From the NCBI GenBank assembly GCA_015680685.1, contig MNCI01003059.1, positions 1-64,000 of the forward strand: DNA of 64,000 bases, in the 5' to 3' direction. The notes under the pieces were generated by a model. The model had not been told where the DNA came from and did no database searches. It saw nothing but the letters and a program-made list of their open reading frames with translations. This document shows positions 28,035 to 40,100 of this stretch, one piece after another. The stretch's first letter is position 1. The number at the start of each line of letters is the position of its first letter. A program made the translations under genes and the position numbers. Origin of the DNA: Gnetum montanum. Taxonomy: Eukaryota; Plantae; Gnetophyta.

Positions 28035-29966
28035 GGTTACGCCCTGTATAGCACATAAGAGAAAATGCAAGCCCCATATAGCATTAAAAAAAAACATGCA
28101 AGCCCTCAAGAACATAAAAAACATTCAAATCCTTTGCAGGCTTTGTTTAAAAAAAACAGCAAAAATGAGAAGAGGCGGTCTCAAAAAATGACGCTGGTGC
28201 GCTCACGATCATTATGGATGCCGTTGGGTTTACCATTAAACTTTCTTTTAAACCTTTTTTCACTTAGAATATTGAACTAGAAAATCCTTGTTTTCATTTG
28301 TTTTTTTATTTCTTTTGTCATCATCCTATAGCATGGGATGATAGTACTAGGCTTTGAATCAAGTACCTCAAGCACACGATCAAATCAGCTGACCTATAAC
28401 TCTTGCTTAACCATAAACAATATTGCCTCTACTTAGGATGTGGTAGGATAGAAGTACCCTTGTGATATGACACTTTTAAAATTTTTTACAAGTACCTTAC
28501 ATGGTGTATGTGTAGTGATGTGGTACTGACTTGACTTTTCTTGTCTTAAAAAATTTTAACTTTTTAAAAATAACATAATAATAATGTTTTAGTAATCCAC
28601 AACTACCCTAAATTCTATTTTCATTAATTAGCCCTAGCTTTAGAAAGATGGAAATGACGTAAGACCAAAGCATTGCTCACTAATGCCCTATACTCTTGTT
28701 AGCTTTTCCATAACTTCTACCTTTTGGCTAATCATCCTCTAAGCCTTGACACAACACTTCATTCTTGGAGAAACAACATTTCTCTACTACCAACTTTGGA
28801 CATTCTAATTCTATTAAAGGTACGTAATGAGCTAGTGGGATTACCAGTAATTTATTGTGCTTTTCTACTTTTTGGTGGTGCTTCATTCTTTCCACTCATC
28901 AATTGTGTTTTAATGTTGCCATAGTAATGAGCGGCGAGGTACCCCTACGCTCAACCATACGAATACGAGTATGTACACGCGATCTAGTCGAACTCCGCAA
29001 ATGAACTAGTTGTGGCACCTAAATAGTTACATATTGACCGCAATTCGTTGTCTTCCCACCTGGACTAGTATTTGCTTTATCACATATGGTTTAGTCCAAA
29101 GTGAGGTGTATGATGTGATTTCTAACACTAGGCTACTCCTAGAGACAATGAGAAATAATCTTGATTAAGCTAATAAGCAATATGAAGTAAAATCTAAGCT
29201 AGCCTAAGTGTGATGAGCATCCATCCTTAATCATTTGTACGCACCTTGGACCTCGTGTACTACCTTTGGGATTACCAAGCGCACATTACTTGAGCACTAC
29301 TTAATACGCTACTGGGTTACCAAGTAGTTACACTTAAATGTTCGTGATTAAGACGTATCCATTCCGCATTACCAACATGAATAGTAAATAACAATAAAGA
29401 AATATTAACTAAAAAAATAATAAATAATAATTAACAATTCAATAATTAAAAACTGAGTGAATGCTGCAATGATGGAGTAATCTTAATCTTTATTGCCAAT
29501 TGTGTGCATGTCCAAGTATGTCACACTCGAACAAAGGTTCCATACAATTACAAACATCACGCTGCGAGCATGCACTTGAGAAAGAACTAAAAACTGATAA
29601 AAAGACTCAACCTTAAAGACTTACCAACTAACTCCCTTCCTGTGCACCTAAGTGCTATATTTATAGGCCAACACAGGAATTGCAATATCGTGTATTCGAT
29701 ATCATTATCTAGATTTCGATATCGCGTACCCGATATTGAGTATCTGATATTGAGGCCTAGCAAACCATGATTCATCATACCCCCACGACTGAATAACAAC
29801 TCATCCTCGAGTCAAACAATCAAAATGAAAACGAGTTCATTTGATTACACAGTGGATAGGTATGGGATTATTGACTAACAATGAATTACTTCATGCCGTA
29901 GTGTGGAATTAAACAAAACCAAATTAGGACACCAACACAGAATACAAAAGACAAAATTGTTGGAAC

Positions 29967-32754
29967 TCATGTGATTCCTGGTGGTGGTGGCTCCTCCATG
30001 GGCCTCTTCCCCTTATCTTGTGCTCCAGGCTTTGGAAATGGATATCTCTGAAGGAGCGCCTGAAGCTTTTCTTCTTCAATTCGAGGATCATGTGTCATCC
30101 ATGCTGATGTTCCAATATTTGATGAAGTCAACACCTCCAATGGACATAGTAGTTGTGAAAACATCTGATTGGCTTTGATGTACCAAGCCGCAAACAAGCG
30201 TCATTCCTCCTCGTAGGCTCTAGCTTTGTCTCTACATTCTTGGTAATCCGTAAACCGTCAAGCCAAATCTGCAATGACATTTTTTTGCCCTTGGTAGCTA
30301 GCCTTGACCACCTCTAACTCAGAATTTGCTACCTCTAATTTTTACAATGTCTTTTTGTGTTCAGCAAATTCTGCTTCATACTTGGTGTAGATGGCTGCTA
30401 CCTGCTTCTCCAATTTTTTCCTCAAGCGTCCTGCTATCAACATGGCTAAGTTGGCATACCGCAGGTTTGCCAACTCCATGTACTCAGTGAAATCCTGGAT
30501 TTGCAAGTCCCGGGTCTTTAGTTCTATTTGGTGGACGAAGGTGTAAGTATTCAGTATGGCCCGCCAGTTAGCGTTTTGAGCACTAAGAGTGTTGATATGG
30601 GTCTTGACCACATGGATTTCTTTTTCAATGATCTACTTATACATCCCCACCTAGTCTCAGAAATGTTCCTTCAACTTTTCATGTCACTTAACTTTATTCT
30701 ACCATGCACTTATTTCAATGGTTGTTTTCTGATGAATCACACGTACCTCCTCCATTGAGAGGATCCTGTTTTTTCTGGCTAAGTGATTCATGCCCTAGTT
30801 GACCCTTATTAATTATCTTGCATTTGCTGGAAATTCTCCTCGAGAACATTCTTTTGTTTTTCGATTGTGATCAACCAGAGATTCTCAGTGACAAGGTGTT
30901 TATTTTCTTCTTGTAAGGCCTTGAGTGCTTTGGCATGTGCATATGTTTGGGCTTGTGCCTTTGAAGCATTCTAATCAACCTTCTCTTTTTCCCTTTCCAC
31001 CCCTTTATTCTCTTCTAATAGTTTATTCAACTGCCCTGTCTGAAATGACTCTAGCTAGTCGACTGGAATAAGTTGGGATAGATCCCGCTGTGCAGCTTGT
31101 AGGGCAACAAACTACTCTTGGAGTCTTCTCAACTTGTCCTCAGCATGTTCGATCCTAACCTCTGCCATGACCAACTTTTCTTTTGTGGAAATAAGGTCTG
31201 ATTGTGTTGCTGTGACATCTTGAGGGATGTCAAACAACGACGTCATCACTTATCCTATTTGCAACAACCGATCCAAAACATCCTCATGTTCCGTAGGAAT
31301 CATCGAGGGACTGGCTAAGACTTGAGCATCATGCGCTCCTATGAGATCCACCGATGGCATAACAGGAACATTGAATGATTCTTTGATGTGGTCTATAACC
31401 ACTTTTGCTACTCTAGCGGCATCCTAGTGTTGCATAACCACTACTATGGTGCCTTCACCATTTTCTAATTGCACTTGAAAAGATGCAACGTTTCTAGAGA
31501 TCTGCTATGACCAATGTGATTCCCCTCCTCCTGTTTATATAAAAACCTCATCCCTTGCATGATCAATTGAGACCATGAGCTATACAACATTATCAATGAC
31601 CTTGAAGAGGTTAGCCTCATCACGACTTTCCCAACTGACTGTTTCTACAATCTCCATGAGATGGCTCATCGATGGTGGATAATCTTGCAGCAATGGTGGT
31701 GGTTGGTCTTTTTGGCCTGTGGGTTATGTGTTAGGCCTTGCTTCCTGTTGTTGACTAGGCCTCGTATCTAGAAGTTGGCTAGGCCCAATTGTTTGAGGTG
31801 CAGTGGGCCCAACCGTCTACTCTTGCTCAGGCACCAATGTCTCACCAGCATTTCTTCTTAGTGTTGGTGGCTTCAGTAATTCAGTATATGAGGCATTTTG
31901 AGCTTTTCTGGGGATGTCATTAGTGTACCCCAGAATTCCAACATGACAGCACAACTTCTTCATTAGATAGGAGAAAGGTAATGCAAACTTCCCAATCTTA
32001 CGTTCTTCAAACTGCCTCAATATTTTTGTGAGATATAGATGGGGTAGGTTGGCATCAACCTTGCCCATCAGGATTGCACTTCCTCTGGTCGCATAGGTAA
32101 AAATTCTATTTAATTCTTTTGTTGGGAAGAGGTGATAGGCGCCAATTTTGAAATAGATTTTCTCTTCAAGGGTAAGTTCCCCATATGTTTTATCTTCCTT
32201 GCCATACACCCTTTTTAACCATATTTTCCATGCATTAGCATCAAAGCGAGTGGACAGGTGGGCAACCTTGGGCCCTATATTTGGAAGGTTCAGAACTTTC
32301 GAAATGACCTTAGCAAAGAAATTGACTGAAATCCCACCAATATCAACAATGGTGCCTTCTTCCTTATTATGCCAAAATTGGTACGTCTCCCCCAAATACC
32401 ATTCGCCATTCTTTGAGAGAACAGGCCACAATGGAGATCCTTTGAGTTGATCTCTAACTGACTTAGGGGAAAATTTAGTAAAGGGCCCAAAATTGAGTTC
32501 CACAATCACTACAACTAACATGGACCTTTTCCAAATTGCCTGAACGCATTCTGCAGACAACATGAGATGTTTTCCCTACCTTCTCCACCTTCTACATGCC
32601 CAGATTGTGTAGTAATAGGGGGTTCTTGATGGATGCTGAATAATTGTGCCTCCTGCTCTGCATGTTCCACAAGAGGTCCTTAGCCTCTGCCTCTCCTTGG
32701 CCATTTGGATGCACCTTAAGAGGGTCCTCCCTATTTTCCTCGTTTAGGTGCCAT
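29967..32754 (-). pseudogene. Athila env-like ORF2 (plant-transposon-protein-like domain plus long predicted coiled coil), interrupted by stops
   Basis: Starts CAG|ATG GCA CCT AAA CGA GGA (MAPKRG). Domain FWHNKEEGTIVDIGGISVNF.AKVISKVLNLPN...LPFSYLMKKLC; heptad-rich ELKTRDLQIQDFTEYMELANLRY; ends KGKRPMEEPPPPGIT*. Colinear with 58038-61243. Confidence 0.75.
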
Positions 32755-34769
32755 CTGTAATCACACCAGGATCAACTATTAGTAAGGTCATTTAACAAAA
32801 TTTTATTTATACCTTACTCATTATCTTTAATGAATTCAATTCTTGCTTAGTTTGATTTAGAGTTAGAAATTTTCAAGAAAATCCCCCTAAAAGTTTTAAT
32901 GTCGGGCCCAATTTGATCAGGTGACTCCAAAAATAATTTCCATGGTTTGGATGAAGAAATAAAATTGGTTTGGCATAAGTTCTTATCATTTTTTAAGATC
33001 TCTTACCCCTATGATATCCTTCAGGTGACAACGAATTTTGAAAAAACTATGCACAACTTGGAGCGTACCCTTCCCCCATGACTGAGTTAAACACTCTAAG
33101 TTTAAGCAGGTTTGATTAGAAGGAGAATCAAAGCATTAATGAGCAAAATATTGATGTTTAAATTATAGGTGCGCAAGCTTGAAAATTTGTGGAAGAAAAT
33201 TGCAACTCCCCTTGCGTGAACAGTTAAAAATGACATTGATGTGTCTGCGGGGGGGGGAGTTTGGCGGGCGTGTCCATATATATAGGTTTTATGGATGCGA
33301 TATCGCGTACGCACTAGCACAGACCTAATATCGCGTCAAACCCAATACTGGGTACCTGATATTGCATCCCTTCCAAAATAGGATACCTAATAAAATTGAT
33401 AAATTTTCGAATTTCCATGGCCACAAAGGAAGGATTTAAGGTAGATTTGGAAGGTCTGGGTAATGTTAAATAGACATCAAGGCACAAAAAGTGTAATGAA
33501 GTGGAATTATATAATGAAGCTCTTGAAGAAGATGTGGAAAAAGGACATGTAGTGGTGCAGAGGAACGTTTAGGTTGAAATGATGATAAAGGAAAGAATAA
33601 ATTCAGTAGTGCAGTACTCAAAGGGTATAAGATGATGTGGTGGTGTGCAATAAGTGTAAATTACAAAAGTTACACAAGTGGGTCCTCCCCAAAGCAAGTT
33701 CCAACTTATCATGCCCTTGTGTAACCACACCTTAAAATGTCTATAGGCACTAGAAGGGTTAAATGCAATCTACACTAGTGCAACAAAACACACACATTAA
33801 ATACCACTGTGATGAGATATGAATTCTATGCCACATAAGACACAAGTTAGAAATACTTGTACAGTGGGGTGAAATGAATCATAGAAGGGATTGCTGAAAT
33901 TGGGACATGAGGTAACTTACCCTAGGCACAATGAATCCTAATTGTGGGGCGTGATTAATGTAGCATTAGCCTTTCACTCCAAAATCAAGACCAAGTCCAT
34001 GCCTCTTATTAGTGACATCGCATTATTTCATCCAATGATGGACAACCATAAGAGCATCATGACAACAGGGCATACGATCATTTGGAATTTTGTACAAAGG
34101 AGGAGTGATTTGGAATTTCTCTACAGCACATTCTTCTTGATTTTTTCTTTGTTGTTTTTCTTCTTTCTTTTTTCTTTGCCTAGCCACTTTGGCACTTTGT
34201 CATTTCCAACAGTGATCTGGAGAAGCCACCAACCTTCAAGCATAGGTGCATGTCTTTCTAGTGGGACCCTCTAAAACAACATTGAGTTTCTTTATTAATT
34301 ACCTTTATTACTCTTACTCCCATTTTTCATTAGATCTACAAGGATTTTTGTACAACCAAGCTACATGATATCACATACAGATGTTGCCAAAGAGAATCCA
34401 CAAGTCCCCTTGATGTCCCACCCTGGCCATTCCCTCTTAGTCCATCATTCTTTGCTTTGGGCATAATGAGTACAAAGTTACTTTAAGGTTTAATGATAAC
34501 GAGAATATCATCATACCCAAAGTAGAACCTCTTATTAATAGAATGGGTGGGTGGATGTTGTGGACTCACTATCCAAATAATTAGTCACCTGAGATTTGAT
34601 AGCATAGAACAACACCTCAACCGACAAGTCACATGAGTATTTTATTCACTGATGAGATTACCGTCAAAAATATGAAATGACAAATTGAAAGATGAAAAAT
34701 TAGAGAATAAAGATTGGAAAATAAAAAATTGTAAAACCAAAGAAAAGGAAAAACATTTACTAATTTTTC

Positions 34770-37121
34770 TTAGTAGAATGGTGGGTATCCCTCATAACTA
34801 AACCTTTCAGCATGGCTAGAATTAATAAATGAAAAAGTTGGATCCGTGCATGTTGGAAACATTGGGGTCCGGTCATATCCAAACCACTGGGTGTCTTTTG
34901 ATGTGGTGGTAGGAATGTACCCAAATTGGGGTTCACACACTTGATTAAAGTAGGCATAGTGGGGCAGATTAGAAGATGTGGTCATGTGATAAAGAGCTAA
35001 CCCACTATGGCACCCGTGACCATAAGATGGTATGCAAGGATCGATATGTCTCCCTACATGGTTATATCCATTGGGTCACATGGTTGTTGGAGCATTAATT
35101 GATAGCCTAGATGAGGTAATAGTAGGCGTTGAGTTTGAGGAGGAAGATGCATCACAGTGTTGGGCTTATGCTAAGTTAGAGGGTGCAATGGTTTTAGAAC
35201 CGTGCTATCTCTTTCTACGGTCATGCCTAAAGAAAGGACTCTTTTGACATTATGGAGGACTTCCACTGCTGTTGATAGTAGTGGCACAAGTAATGTTTGT
35301 GGGTTGGTGCTGTGGTGAAAAACCTTCTAGTACAACTGCTGGCGCTATAGCAGGAGGTGAAGGATGAGAATATTGAGGACAAGGAGAAGTGTAAGGAACC
35401 TGAGGTGGTGATCCCGTGGGAGAGGACATGGATTGACAATACTCAAGAGAATGATAACAATGAGATGAAATAGAGGATGTTGATCCAATTGGGGAAACAA
35501 GGTGTTGAACATAATAAGCATTTGATGTCGGGGTATATGAAGGGTGTGGTTTGTTTGGCAGTGGCCTCCCCCACAACTAGGGGTTTTGCCACTGTGGTTG
35601 GACACAGTACTTCTGTATGAAATCTAGATGTAACATTCCTCCCCAATGCTTATGTAAATGTGAAAATATTGGGCATTGAATTTTGGGATGATCGTACAGA
35701 CAAACATCACATTAATACTTATGATTTGCAGTTGAGTTTCTATCCTTATTTTCTTCAACCCTTTTTTCCAATTGACAAATGGTGTTCTATCCTATTTCTA
35801 AGTTTGGCATCCTCTACTTGTTTTGGTTGTCATAGTGATCTTGCATGGTTTTACCTCTAATAATGTTTGCATATTCCCCACATTTTCATGTACCCATTCC
35901 GTCATTTTACTGATCTTTGCCTCAATCTCATCTAGTGATTTAATATTGGCAAAGATGGAGATGATTCCACCTCCTTGAGGTGGGTTGATTTCTCCTCTTC
36001 ATGGACCTTTTTTATTTTAAGATTTTGGTCTTGTTGAGATCTTTCAACATTCTCCCATTTGGCTATTTCTCCTTCTTCTTTTGCTACCCGCTTAATAAGC
36101 TCTTAGAATTGGTGGGTTTGTAGTTCATATAGTTGACCTGGGGCATACATCCCTAGGGTCTCCCTTGTTTCATTATGGAGCCCATCCATGATGTGATACA
36201 TTAGCCTTTCCTCAGAGAACCCATGGCCTGGGCAGTTGTTTAACAGTGAGTAATATCTTTCTACGACTATGTCCAAGGGTTCATGTTGCCCTTGTTTCCA
36301 CTCTTGAATTTGTCTCCTCAAGGCTAACACTCTTATGTAGGTTTGATATCTTTCATTGAAGAGTTCTACCATTGTGGGCGAACAGTGAATTGATTTTAGC
36401 TTTAAAGACATGTACCATACTTTTTCTTGGCCAATGAGTACCATAGGAAAGAGCTTGAGTCATTGTCACCCATTATCAATGTTGTTCCATGCATAGGCAT
36501 CATAGAAGGCTTATAAATGATGTTGCAGATCTAAATCATAGCCTCCTGAGAATTTGGGAAAGTTGTTTAAATCAAGCTTGGGTAGACGGCTTTCCTTACG
36601 ATGCCTATGGGATATTCGAACAGCCCCTTGTATATGCATTAGGCTTTTAGTGGCCAGCAGGGGTTCATCGTCACTAAGTAGGTTATGATTTTGTGAGTTG
36701 GAACAATGTTGTCTTTGTTCATGTTGGCATTCCTGACTTTGCCCATGGTTTTTATTTTTACTTCTACGCTGACCCTTTGAGAAATAGTCATCCATGTCAC
36801 AACCTGACGTTGAAGGAGCAGAGGAAGAGAGAGAACTAGGAGACTCTTCATGACTTTTGTAAGTCTCCCAATCATCCCTTGATATACTCTTGCTAACCAT
36901 TAAGAAGGTCCTAGGCCTTACGAGCCCCCTCATTCTATGGGATATCTCCTCCTCGCTAAAGGTGTCTAAGTTGGATGACAAGAGTCCTGAGTATTGTTGG
37001 GCTATCCATGAACATATGAGACTCCTGCATAAGATTGAGTACTCCAAACTTCTTCGTCATCATATATTTCATTGGTTCTCCAATGAATTGCCTCGCTAAT
37101 TGTTGCATTAGAGAGAGACAT
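34770..37121 (-). pseudogene. Retrotransposon gag followed by a Pro/Ser/His-rich extension; no protease/RT/RNaseH/integrase motifs seen
   Basis: LPKLDLNNFPKFSGGYDLDLQHHL, ELFNERYQTYIRVLALRRQIQEWKQGQHEPL..VERYYSLLNNCPGHGFSEERLMYHIMDGL (Retrotrans_gag-type, Athila CPxHG motif). Confidence 0.85.
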
Positions 37122-40100
37122 TGTTGTCAATTGTGTGTGACTTATTTGCAATTAATTTCTTTCTAAAAGATATATTGTTAATACTACATTACAGCAATCT
37201 TGTATGATATAACTAATCTAGATAACTAACACCATCCATAGAAATGGTTGTTAATGATGAGTGGCAAGGTACCCCTACGCTCAACCCTAAGAATACGAGC
37301 ATGTACATGCAATCCGATCGAACTTCGCAGATGAACTAGTTGTGGCACCTAGATTATTACACGTTGATCGTAGTTCACTGTCTTCCCACCTAGACTAGTA
37401 TTTGCTTTGTCATGTATAGTTTAGTCTAGAGTGAGGTGTATGATGTGATTTCTAACACTAGGATAATCCTAGAGACAATGAGAAATAATCTTGATTAAGC
37501 TAATAAGCAATATGAGGTAAAATCTAAGCTAGCCTAAGTGCAATGAGCATCCGTCCTCAATCATCCGTACGCATCTTGGACCTCATGTAGTACCTCTGGG
37601 ATTACCAAGCGCACATTACTTGAGCNTGCATCTTGGACCTCATGTAGTACCTCTGGGATTACCAAGCGCACATTACTTGAGCACTACTTAATACGCTACT
37701 GGGTTACCAAGTAGTTACACTTAAATGTTCATGATTAAGACGTACCCATTCCGCATTAACAACAAGAATAGTAAATAACGATAAAGAAATATTAACTAAG
37801 AAAACAATAAATAATAATTAACAATTAAATAATTAAAAACTGAGTGAATGCTACAATGATGGAGTAATCTTGATCTTTATTTCCGATTGTGTGTGTGTCC
37901 AAGTATGTCACACTCGAACAAAGGTTCCATACAATTACAAACATCACACTATAGGCATGCACTTGGGAAAGAACTGAAAATTAACTAAAAACTGACAAAA
38001 AGACTAGACCCTAAAGAGTTACCAACTGACTCCCTTCCTATGCGCCTGAGTGCGATATTTATAGGCCAACATAGGAATCATGATATCGTGTATTCGATAT
38101 CGTTATCCAGGCTGCGATATCATGTACCCAATATCGAGGCCTGGCAAATCGTGATTCATCACATAGTTAGCAAAAATCAGTAATTTTTGCTACTATGATG
38201 TGCTTTTAAACTAGTTGCCTCAATTTTTTTTGCATAAATGAAAAAATTAATAAAATTTCCAATCCACACAATTTGTATTTTCTATTGGTGGTTTATGTGT
38301 AGTGTGGCCATTATAGATTTAGGTTTGATTTTTCTTCTAAAAAATAATATTTTAATACTAGCCATCTTTTTGAAAATGATGGAAATCCTAGCTTGAGTGA
38401 TGTATGAGTTGTGTGAGTATCAAGATAGCTTGAACACCTCCCATACTACATGCATAAATTCCTAACCCTTTCTCCATAAAAGAAGAGCATGTGCCTATAC
38501 TAGAAAGTAAAGCTCAGGTAGCCATACCCTTGCAATACAATGCACAAGGAATCATGGTCATGTAGTTCTCAAAAAGGGAGAAGATAATAGTTAAGTTAAC
38601 ATGGATCCTAGATAGATGTCTACACTCCTCTATCCCCATTTCGAAGGGAAGTAGCCTTATTACCACTAATAATGACGTTTTAACCTACTGGAAAAATTCA
38701 TGATTTAAAAACTTCAAGTCATGGGTTCAATTTAGGTGGGAAATGTTAAGTTATAAAGTTCTAATTAGAGTATTTATCTTAGGGTGTACCTATATTACAT
38801 TTGAGAAAGGTATGAATAATACTAACTTTTCTTTTTTAAAAATTTAAAATTTTAAAAAATAACATAATCATAATTTTTTAACACTATCATTGTATTTTAT
38901 CATTTTTTGTTTGTTTATTTTTGAAAGGCTAGAAATCCTAACCAAGGTGATGTATGGATAGTGTTGGGCTACTAGCTTAAGTTCTCTTGTTCAAAAAAAA
39001 ATTGGATTTTTAAAAAATAACATGATCATAATTTTTATTGTATTATTCATAGCTTTCATACTAAGTTCATTATCAATTGCAATTGATTTCTAAAGAATTC
39101 GAAAAATAATAAATATCATTACATTTAATAACTTGTTGAGGCATAGTGGGTAGTGGTTAGTTTTGATGTATGTGAGGGGAAGGAAGTGTTAGACCCTATA
39201 GGTAATAATTAGTTTTATTAAAAATGGCTAGTTGTAAGAAAAATACAAAAAAAAAAATAGAATAATTTAAAGATATAAAAACTACAATATAAACACCTAG
39301 TTCTAGGAAAAAAGGAAAAGGAAAAATGAAAGAAGTAAAGAAAAACAAATTTTTAAGAGAATTTTTATTGCTTGTGATCATATTCTTTTTCGGTGAAAAC
39401 AACGGACCTCCAGCACAATATTAAATAGATCAAAAATTAAATCTTTAACTTGAAATTGATTTTTATCCTTTAAAAGTTCTTTTTTTTTTCTTTTACATTT
39501 TTCAGAACATGAGTAAAGCTTTCCAAATTTTATTACCTACCAAGCATATTGCACAACTAGATATCCTTAACACCCAATAATTTTTTTAGTCTCTATAGTT
39601 TGTTTATTATAATTTTTTCTTTATATTTATATAAATTAAAAATTCTATCTATTTTGTTTTTCTTATCATTTTCTTAATTATTCTTGGTTTTGTATCAAGC
39701 ATGGATTTGACAAAGGTCCACTCATAAATAGTAGTCTCCTTATTTTTAGATGAAAAATATTAGTCTTTTTGTTATGGCATGCCTCAATTGCTTTGGAAAT
39801 CCATGCCTAAATAAATGATGCTACAACAAAGTCTTAATTTTTTTGGTTTGCATATTTATTTGGATGTTTCAATATTATTCGTGGGTGTTGTCTAATCTCT
39901 TTTCTATAGAATGACTTTTTTTGGGAGTTATGTTGAATATTTTTGTTTTGAGGGGTGTTTATACTGTCATACATTTGGTGTTGAAGTTTTTTGAACTAGC
40001 AAGATATTATGAAAGCTATGGTGCTAAGCCTCTCCATGTAAGTATAGTTCCTCCAAATCCCTCACCATGTTTGGCATTCTAGTTCAAGGTAAATCCTTAC

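Larger units (their letters stand above)
23035..28595 (-). repeat. Head-to-tail tandem array, about 5 units of ~1.15-1.23 kb (leftmost unit internally deleted)
   Basis: Marker aataccagtaaacattt recurs at ~23040, 23870, 25101, 26328 and 27485; units are colinear along their length. Confidence 0.95.
28925..38161 (-). mobile_element. Complete non-autonomous Athila-type Ty3/gypsy LTR retrotransposon: 3' LTR 28925-29777, 5' LTR 37255-38161, TSD CATAG
   Basis: Paired ~850-bp direct repeats ending GATTCATCA. CATAG at 28920-28924 and 38162-38166. Athila-like pre-LTR motif/PPT (minus strand CTCGAGGATGAGTTGTTATTCAGTCGTGGGGGTA) next to 29777. Decayed PBS next to 37255. Confidence 0.95.

Noticed and set aside
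23035-28595. Array interpreted as CRISPR, rDNA/5S array or a functional multi-domain gene
   Set aside because: Eukaryotic context with no repeat-spacer pattern or rRNA similarity; every unit has stops, frameshifts or deletions, and exon phases are incompatible.
37570-37685. ~57-bp exact tandem duplication in the 5' LTR
   Set aside because: It straddles a single N (37626) and is absent from the sister LTR, so it is most likely a contig-overlap artefact.
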